Under the pieces are notes generated by a model. It made no database searches. It was given only the letters and a program-made list of their open reading frames with translations, and was not told the origin of the DNA. From the NCBI GenBank assembly GCA_001780275.1, contig MFGB01000007.1:66280-130279 (forward strand): DNA of 64,000 nucleotides. Reading direction: 5' to 3'. The position numbers and the translations under genes were made by a program. Below, piece after piece: positions 57,256-64,000 of the stretch. This DNA comes from Candidatus Falkowbacteria bacterium RIFOXYA2_FULL_47_19 (GTDB lineage Bacteria > Patescibacteriota > Patescibacteriia > Patescibacteriales > UBA12075). Every line of letters starts with the position of its first letter. Position 1 is the first letter of the stretch.

Positions 57256-57366
57256 AAAAATCCGTGCCACAGCCACAGATTTCACGAGTAAAAAACAAAA
57301 AATTTTTCTTGTTTTATGCCTCGGCAGGTCTTATGGCGCTTATGCCGCCTGCTGTCTGTGGCGCTT
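57256..57366 (-). promoter_or_regulatory. Ribosomal protein L10 leader with attenuator
   Basis: Minus strand AGACAGCAGG...CCTGCCGAGG core; GCCACAGA can pair with TCTGTGGC of the downstream terminator-like stem. Confidence 0.8.
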
Positions 57367-57478
57367 GATTGTTATAGTTATATTAGCATATTTTAAAAAA
57401 ATGTCAAATTAGCCAATATTAAACAAAAAATATAATCAAACCCTAAAAAACCTAAAAGCTTTAGCCTAAAAGCAAATA

Positions 57479-59839
57479 CTATTTTTCACTGTAATTAAAC
57501 ACCGGTCCGACCGCCATGATATTCTTTTCGCCTATTTTATAGACCAAAACCACGAATTTAACGCCATTTATGCTTTCGGTCATCTCGTTAATCGCCCGCG
57601 GATTCAATATTATGTCTTTCTCGCCGGCATTCTCAACTATATTCTGTCCCACGAATTCGGTTATGAACCGGCGGTCATCGATATCCCAATCTTCGCCCGA
57701 TAATTCTTTTCGGGCGATATCGAGTATTTGGGCGAACCGGCTGTTTATTTCCTTAAGCTCGACGGAAGCCGCGTTGGTCTTTTTTGTTACCCTGAGCACA
57801 TTCATCATTTCCGAAAGCATATCGTTCTTGGCCATAAGTTCAGCGATAAAACCGATATTGGGTTCAACATAATCATAAAGACTCTCCTGGCTGTATGATC
57901 CTAAACCCTCCTCAACTTCGTGATAACCGGCTAATTTATCCGCCGGCAAATGTAGATTTACCCAGCCGCCCAGGACCGTATTTATATCTTTTTGATTATG
58001 CCAATCATTATTCTTCATGAACACCGGCACATAATCGCTATCATACTTCAATAATCGCTTGGCGATATCAAGAGTTGACCAATAAGCGTTGTTGTTCCAG
58101 GCGTTGATATCGAACCGGTCTATTTCTGATTTAAGGCTCTTTATCCGTTCGGGATAGAATTCGTAGGCGGTATTAACGCGGAAATAATCGCTATCGATCA
58201 ATCCCGGATCAGGATGGATAAGATTAACGACATCAAGACTTAACCCCCGGCATCGGTAAAACATCGTTCGGTTTCTGGTGTGGCAGGCCGTAAACGGCGG
58301 TTTGATCTTATTGGACGCCTGACTCAGGATACCTTCTCCCGTAAGATGGTTGAATATATAATCATTGGGCCAATACGATTCCTGAAGCATTCTCATGCCC
58401 AGATATCTTTTATTTTTTTCGTCATGCCGGTTTATCCCTCCCTCCATGTCGAGAAAAGTAAAACGGGCTATCCTTTCCTGAAGTTTTTTCATGTCCGCGT
58501 CCCGATTAACATTATCCGCGGCAAAAATATCCTCGATCTTATAATCTTTACCAAAAACATCCGTAAGCGCCTCCCGATAATGCAGGTAGGTAAGATCCTG
58601 CCTTAAGCCGGTAAAAAAAGAAACGAATTTATAAATAATCGCCCATTGGTTCTTTATGTCCTGGTTTTCAGACATGTCCTTGGTTATGAAGCAGGCAGCC
58701 GCCAGATTTATCGACCAATCGTCGCGATCCAACACGCAATCCGGGCAGCTTTCCTGACGCTCGTACAGCGGAAAATTTGAATTCAGCCATTTTAAAGTAA
58801 GATAAAAATTATTGAGTTTGGCGTTTTCCTGATAATGGCGGGGAACGGTAAAATCGGCATAATTCCGTTCATAAAGCATAACCGGTGATTTTTTGGTCAA
58901 CTCCCCTCCCCGGATCAGGTCAACCTCTTTAAATACGTCGTCTTCCAGCGTGGACGGCATGACGAAATTGTAAGATTCCGCTTCCTTTACTTCGAATTTG
59001 CTGTTATCGGTAAGATTCGGCTTTTTATTGATCTGCGCCTCGATCGGCTGGAGAAGCCTTAAAGCGACCGCGTAATAAGCCATCTCCAGACGCATTGCTT
59101 CAAGCACGGGATCATTAGCCGTGCCGACGGCCGCCAACCGCATTTTATATCGGTTGAGGGCGATTGTATACATCCGCTTATTGATATTCCAGATATTTTC
59201 GAAAAAAGAGGTTTTTTCTATATCCTTGAATACGTCCTTAAGGGTATTCTGGAAATAATACAGCAGAAAATCGCTCGTTATCACGAGCGGGATCTCCTTC
59301 CGGCCGAGCAATCTATAAGCGCTATAAAAATCTTTTGCCTCACCGGCGAACTGATTATCTATGACCGCGAATCCGTACCTGTTTATATGGTCCAGATAAG
59401 GATCAAGATTGATCTTCCTGGAAATATCGTAATAATTGGAGACATCCACCTTTACGTTGATCGGTAATCCGTAATCTTCGTTGTCGGCTTCGAAATCAAC
59501 AACCGGCCGTTTATAAAAATATCCGAAAGTCAGATACTCGGCTTTAATATCCGCGTTAAGCATGTCGATATCGATATCGCTGCCGTCGCCATTACCGTAA
59601 TCCCCAGGCAGACCGATCACCGGCGTGGTGGAGGCGACCGGCTCAGAAACTACGGGTTGGTTTTCTTCCGGCTTTATGAAAAAAATATAGATCACCCCGA
59701 TCCCGATCATGATCAGGGCGGCCAGGCCGATAACGGCGTACAGGCCGATCTTCGATAAAAACGGACTATTATATTCTTTCCGGCTGAATTGAGGGGGCTC
59801 TCTATATTGGTCGGGCTTGGTTTTGTTTTCTATAAACAT
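57479..59839 (-). CDS. DUF3160-like membrane-anchored protein
   Basis: N-terminal TM; GFAVI, ITSDFLL, F.VPRHY...LNNFY, GGWVNLH, YVEPN, AVGPVFNY. Confidence 0.75.
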   Translation of the reverse strand: MFIENKTKPDQYREPPQFSRKEYNSPFLSKIGLYAVIGLAALIMIGIGVIYIFFIKPEENQPVVSEPVASTTPVIGLPGDYGNGDGSDIDIDMLNADIKAEYLTFGYFYKRPVVDFEADNEDYGLPINVKVDVSNYYDISRKINLDPYLDHINRYGFAVIDNQFAGEAKDFYSAYRLLGRKEIPLVITSDFLLYYFQNTLKDVFKDIEKTSFFENIWNINKRMYTIALNRYKMRLAAVGTANDPVLEAMRLEMAYYAVALRLLQPIEAQINKKPNLTDNSKFEVKEAESYNFVMPSTLEDDVFKEVDLIRGGELTKKSPVMLYERNYADFTVPRHYQENAKLNNFYLTLKWLNSNFPLYERQESCPDCVLDRDDWSINLAAACFITKDMSENQDIKNQWAIIYKFVSFFTGLRQDLTYLHYREALTDVFGKDYKIEDIFAADNVNRDADMKKLQERIARFTFLDMEGGINRHDEKNKRYLGMRMLQESYWPNDYIFNHLTGEGILSQASNKIKPPFTACHTRNRTMFYRCRGLSLDVVNLIHPDPGLIDSDYFRVNTAYEFYPERIKSLKSEIDRFDINAWNNNAYWSTLDIAKRLLKYDSDYVPVFMKNNDWHNQKDINTVLGGWVNLHLPADKLAGYHEVEEGLGSYSQESLYDYVEPNIGFIAELMAKNDMLSEMMNVLRVTKKTNAASVELKEINSRFAQILDIARKELSGEDWDIDDRRFITEFVGQNIVENAGEKDIILNPRAINEMTESINGVKFVVLVYKIGEKNIMAVGPVFNYSEK

Positions 59840-59947
59840 ATGCTTATATTATAACATTTTTTTAAAAAAATAAAAAACGCCCGATTGGCGTTATTTACAC
59901 ATGCCAGGAAGGATCATTAACTTCCTGATAATTACTTTCCTTTAGGA

Positions 59948-60973
59948 TTATTTTAAATACTTGGCCTTGTTCCTTAAATGCTCCTCATAATTGCGGCCGA
60001 ATATGGTTTCACCTGTGTCCTGGCGATTCAAATAAAATAAATAAGGGCTTTTTTCCGGATAGATCGCCGCTAAAATAGAATCCAAACCCGGATTCGATAT
60101 CGGCCCCGGCGGCAATCCTTGGTATTTGTATGTATTATAAGGCGAATCGATCCGCAGGTCTTCCGCGGCGGAACTCGGATTATCTTTTCCCGTTATGTAG
60201 TTTATGGTCGCGTCCACCTCAAGCTTCATGCCCGATTCCAGGCGTTTATAAAGTATGCCGGCCACGATCTTTTTGTCCTCAAGACCCCGTACTTCTTTTT
60301 CTACGATCGAAGCCAGGATGATTATATCGTGAATGGTTTTACCTTTTAAGGCTATATCGGCGCGCGCCGCCGGGGTCAACTTGGCGTCGAAATTCAAAAG
60401 CATTCTTTCGATGATGTCCTCGGCTTCGGCATCCCGGTAAATCCGATAGGTATCCGGAAACAAGTAACCCTCCAGTCGGGCGTCATCGGGAGCGTTTTTA
60501 AGAAAGTCCGGTCTGGCAAAATCAAACGTCCAGTTTCCGATCTCTTTTTTGGAGAGTCCGGCGAACGCGTCTTTCGATATTACGCCGTTTTCCGCCAGAT
60601 ATCGATCGATATCGTCGATATTCCATCCTTCGATTATTTTTATTTCCCTTTCCCGATTAAGCGATTTCCCGGAAGATAATATGGCCGCGATCTCCTTAAC
60701 GGACATGCTCGAATTAAGCGCATATTCGCCGGCCTGCAGAACGGATTGTAGTCCGGAACGACGGATGTATATCTTAAAACAAAGTTTTGACCTGATCAGG
60801 CCCGCTTCGATCAAATTTTGGCCGATCCTGTCCACGCCCTCGCCCGAACCGACCACGAAAACCATGTCCTTGCCAAAGTCGTCGACCGCATTAATACCCT
60901 GATTATAGGCGGCAACACAAAAAATCGCGCCTATTGCCAGAAAGATAGCTATATATTTGAATATTTTTAACAT
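59948..60973 (-). CDS. mltG: Endolytic transglycosylase MltG
   Basis: LEGYLFPDTY, LASIVEKE, SPYNTY..GLPPGPISNPG. Confidence 0.96.
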   Translation of the reverse strand: MLKIFKYIAIFLAIGAIFCVAAYNQGINAVDDFGKDMVFVVGSGEGVDRIGQNLIEAGLIRSKLCFKIYIRRSGLQSVLQAGEYALNSSMSVKEIAAILSSGKSLNREREIKIIEGWNIDDIDRYLAENGVISKDAFAGLSKKEIGNWTFDFARPDFLKNAPDDARLEGYLFPDTYRIYRDAEAEDIIERMLLNFDAKLTPAARADIALKGKTIHDIIILASIVEKEVRGLEDKKIVAGILYKRLESGMKLEVDATINYITGKDNPSSAAEDLRIDSPYNTYKYQGLPPGPISNPGLDSILAAIYPEKSPYLFYLNRQDTGETIFGRNYEEHLRNKAKYLK

Positions 60974-61006
60974 AAAAATCTTATAGATATTCCCGAAAGT
61001 TAAGAT

Positions 61007-62089
61007 CTATAAATATTCATTCTTATTTTTCGCTTTAAGATGCTCCACCACCTTCTTGGCTTCGTGCGAATTCTCCAGACTGGAAATGAACAATGCGTCC
61101 TTAGTATCGACGATCACCAGGTTCTTTACGTCATTAACGGCTACTATCTTTTTTTTATTGGTGGAATAAACGAGATTGTTCTCGGAATCAATGGATATTA
61201 CCTCTCCTTTGGTAAGGTTTCCGCCGTTGCCTACGATCCTTTTGATAATATGCCATTTGCCGAGATCGCTCCAGCCGATCTTGTTGGAAACGCTCATGGC
61301 TATGTGATCGCATTTTTGGGTAATGGCGGATTCGATGGTCATCTTCTCAAGTTTGCCATAAAGCTCCTGGGCGGCGGCAAGATCATTTTTTTCCGCGATC
61401 AGGGCCGCGACCATCTGGCAGATCTTGTACATTTTCGGCCTCTTCTTCCGGAATAAAGAAACAATATTCTTGAGCTGCCAGATATACATGCCGGTGTGGC
61501 AGTAGTAGACTCCGGAATCGATGATCTCCTGGCAATAATCCTGGTTGGGTTTTTCCACTACCTTAGCCACCGTATAAATAGTTTCTTCCCCGTTTTCGCA
61601 TAATTTACTTCCGGCTTTAAAATAAGAATAACCGGTATCGGGATAATCCGGCCGGATCGCGGGGGTCAGGATGTATTCCGGATTTTCTTTTAAGAATTCC
61701 TCGGAAACACTAAGCAGCCGGCGGAACGCGACATCATCGGAAATATAATCATCCGACGGCAGACTGGCCACGATATCTTCTTTTTGGCATCTCCTTTCAA
61801 GAAAACAAACCTCAAGGCACATGGCCGGACCGGTGTTGCGGGTGTCGGTTTCGATGATAAGATTTTCTTTTTTTAAACCCGGCAATTCGCGCAAAGTTTT
61901 TTTCACGAAATCCTTATTTACCGACACGTAAAGATCGTCCCGCCCTTTAAGGGCGGGCAACACCCGCTTATAGGTAGTTTTTATCATTGACTCTTCGCCG
62001 ATCACTTTTTGGAATTGTTTAGGGTTGCTTATCCGGCTCATGGGCCACAGCCTTGTGCCCGTGCCTCCGGCCCTGATTACGATTTTCAT
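61007..62089 (-). CDS. manC: Mannose-1-phosphate guanylyltransferase
   Basis: AGGTGTRLWPMSR..PKQF, RNTGPA, VEKP, WSDLG. Confidence 0.88.
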   Translation of the reverse strand: MKIVIRAGGTGTRLWPMSRISNPKQFQKVIGEESMIKTTYKRVLPALKGRDDLYVSVNKDFVKKTLRELPGLKKENLIIETDTRNTGPAMCLEVCFLERRCQKEDIVASLPSDDYISDDVAFRRLLSVSEEFLKENPEYILTPAIRPDYPDTGYSYFKAGSKLCENGEETIYTVAKVVEKPNQDYCQEIIDSGVYYCHTGMYIWQLKNIVSLFRKKRPKMYKICQMVAALIAEKNDLAAAQELYGKLEKMTIESAITQKCDHIAMSVSNKIGWSDLGKWHIIKRIVGNGGNLTKGEVISIDSENNLVYSTNKKKIVAVNDVKNLVIVDTKDALFISSLENSHEAKKVVEHLKAKNKNEYL

Positions 62090-62326
62090 AATATTCTTTA
62101 ATACGGTTTTATTCTATAAAAACATAAAACTTTAATACTCTAATTTTAGCAGACAGCGATACATCGGGCAAGACGGCGTGCCTGTTATTATTAGTTCTCC
62201 CTCGTCATGAACTTTATCCACTTGCCATTTATCCTAATCTGTGATATAATAAAAATATAGTGAATACTGAATCTGTTCCAAAATAAACGGATTCATTGTT
62301 TAAAAACAAAAAATAAAAACAAAAAA

Positions 62327-63097
62327 ATGAAAATCAAAAATAAAGAATTTTTGGCTTTATATTGGCTAAAAAATAAAAAGGTATTTGTGTTATCCCTATT
62401 TATGATGTTTATGGGGATTTTTTTATTGCCAAAGGTGGCTTGGCTGTCATCAATTACGGAAGAAAATATAATCAGGCTTACCAATAATGAAAGAATGAAA
62501 AATAACCTAGGGACCTTAACCTCCAACGAACTTCTTACAAAGGCGGCTTATCGCAAAGGCGAAGACATTATGGCTTCCGGCAGGTTCCAGCACAATTTCG
62601 GAGACCGATCGTTTTCCGCCTGGATAAAAGAAGCAGGTTACAATTATACTTTTGCCGGAGAAAATCTGGCCATTGACTTCGTTACAAGCGAAGGGGCGCT
62701 TAAAGCCTGGCTAGCCTCTCCGACGCACCAGAAGAACATCCTTAATGATAAATTTACCGAAACCGGCGTGGCCGTCATAAACGGCAATTTCCAGGGTAAT
62801 GACACCACGCTGGTCGTGCAAATATTCGGCTCGCCCCTATTGATTTCTTCTGTTTCCGGATCAGTCGCGGAGGGCCGGCAGATTCTCGAGGAGCCGGCGC
62901 CTGTCCCTCTCCTGTCCGTCAGGCGGAATTACGGGTTAAAATCGCTATATTCCAACTATGCTAATCCGCTCAAACTAATAATATCCATATTAACCTTCGT
63001 GGTTTTCCTCGTGTTTATGAGTGCTCTGGGGCGCTCGGCAAATGTCCAGAATTTTTTTACGGCCAAAAATAAACAATTAAGATTGCCGCTAAAATAA
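62327..63097 (+). CDS. CAP/SCP domain membrane protein
   Basis: LTNNER, AGENLA, WLASPTHQKNIL, VVQIFG; promoter TTGCCA-17-TATAAT at 62222-62250. Confidence 0.9.
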   Translation: MKIKNKEFLALYWLKNKKVFVLSLFMMFMGIFLLPKVAWLSSITEENIIRLTNNERMKNNLGTLTSNELLTKAAYRKGEDIMASGRFQHNFGDRSFSAWIKEAGYNYTFAGENLAIDFVTSEGALKAWLASPTHQKNILNDKFTETGVAVINGNFQGNDTTLVVQIFGSPLLISSVSGSVAEGRQILEEPAPVPLLSVRRNYGLKSLYSNYANPLKLIISILTFVVFLVFMSALGRSANVQNFFTAKNKQLRLPLK

Positions 63098-63860
63098 ACC
63101 GATAAAACGCGAAAATATTGAGGCTGTGGTTGCGGGCGAAACGCAGGAAATACTTGATTACGAGAACGGCCGTAAAAAAAGCGAAAACAAAAGCTATCGC
63201 CAATACCGTTGATTCGCTCTCGTTTAATCCGGCATTGAAAAGATGCGGGATTTTTTTTACGGCCGCGCCGGCAATAATAGGTATGGATAAAATAAAAGAG
63301 AACCTGATAGACGCTTCTCTCTGGAGTCCGGCCCCTAAACCTGCTATAATAGTAATACCGGACCGGGAAGTGCCGGGGATAAGCGCGAGCGCTTGCGCGC
63401 AACCGATAAAGAACACCTGGCGCGCGTTTAACGCGGTATATTCTTTTACCCGACGGCTGTATTTTTCAAAAATAATAAAAAGTGATCCGACTACCGTCAA
63501 CATGACTATCACCAACCACGGCGAGCGCAGAACATTTTCGATATAATCGTCAAATACCGCGCCGACCAAAGCGGCCGGGATCGTGGCCAGGATAATGAGC
63601 CAGGCTAATCGCCCGTCATCGTTCTTTTCTCCCCCGAGACTTCTGATCCAGCCGGTTATAAGACGCCAAACTTCCACTCGCAAAAAATAAATAACCGCGA
63701 AAAGCGTGGCTAAATGCAGAGTAACATCAAAAACCGCCTCATTGTCGATCGGCAAAGCGATAAGTTCATGAAGGACGACTAAATGGCCGGAACTGGAAAC
63801 CGGCAGAAATTCCGTAATTCCCTGAACGATACCGAAAATTATAGCGTTTATATACATCAT
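63057..63860 (-). CDS. uppP: Undecaprenyl-diphosphatase
   Basis: GIVQGITEFLPVSSSGHL, IPGTSRSG. Confidence 0.96.
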   Translation of the reverse strand: MMYINAIIFGIVQGITEFLPVSSSGHLVVLHELIALPIDNEAVFDVTLHLATLFAVIYFLRVEVWRLITGWIRSLGGEKNDDGRLAWLIILATIPAALVGAVFDDYIENVLRSPWLVIVMLTVVGSLFIIFEKYSRRVKEYTALNARQVFFIGCAQALALIPGTSRSGITIIAGLGAGLQREASIRFSFILSIPIIAGAAVKKIPHLFNAGLNESESTVLAIAFVFAFFTAVLVIKYFLRFARNHSLNIFAFYRFILAAILIVYFWP

Positions 63861-63889
63861 AAAACATCAATTACATTAAAAAACATCTT

Positions 63890-64000
63890 ATGTATAATAT
63901 TCTCATTATACCTCTGGTGGCGGGGGCGCTGGCCCAAATTATAAAATTCATCATCAGATCCAATCAGCAAAAAATTTCCTGGAGATACGTCTTCGCTTAT
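63890..64000 (+). CDS. Partial ORF, probably divergent PAP2 (DUF212) family
   Basis: MYNILIIPLVAGALAQIIKFIIRSNQQKISWRYVFAY runs off the edge; AQxxK motif; divergent from uppP. Confidence 0.55.
   Translation, partial: MYNILIIPLVAGALAQIIKFIIRSNQQKISWRYVFAY

Overview
Chromosomal segment of a probable Patescibacteria/CPR bacterium (Parcubacteria-like; inferred from gene content and leader style; TGA is used as stop, so genetic code 11). 1-14.6 kb holds a minus-strand tandem array of four large Cys-rich modular surface proteins; three share an unusual 'NMS' signal peptide and three end in an L[AP]ETGF sortase-type anchor. It is preceded on the same strand by a glycosylation block (O-antigen-ligase/TPR protein, two GT4, an initiating phosphoglycosyltransferase) and by rnpB. 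The rest is a mostly minus-strand housekeeping backbone (tgt, corA, dusB, cysS, cysteine synthase, murF-ftsI-ftsL-rsmH-mraZ, tsaB, rplJL with L10 leader, mltG, manC, uppP) interrupted by orphan cassettes that carry Shine-Dalgarno sites and often their own consensus sigma70 promoters and terminators, several bordered by REP-like hairpins. Notable oddities: a (TSSS)n 12-bp VNTR inside CysRS, dispersed 7-nt-periodic repeats entering rnpB and tgt, a secreted/OmpA-like/lipoprotein operon, a triplicated novel ~100-aa domain, a ~540-nt structured mraZ leader, a candidate sRNA, and a gene split by one in-frame TAA. I saw no CRISPR array, reverse transcriptase, transposase, integrase, tRNA or rRNA. All family calls come from motif recognition, not database searches.
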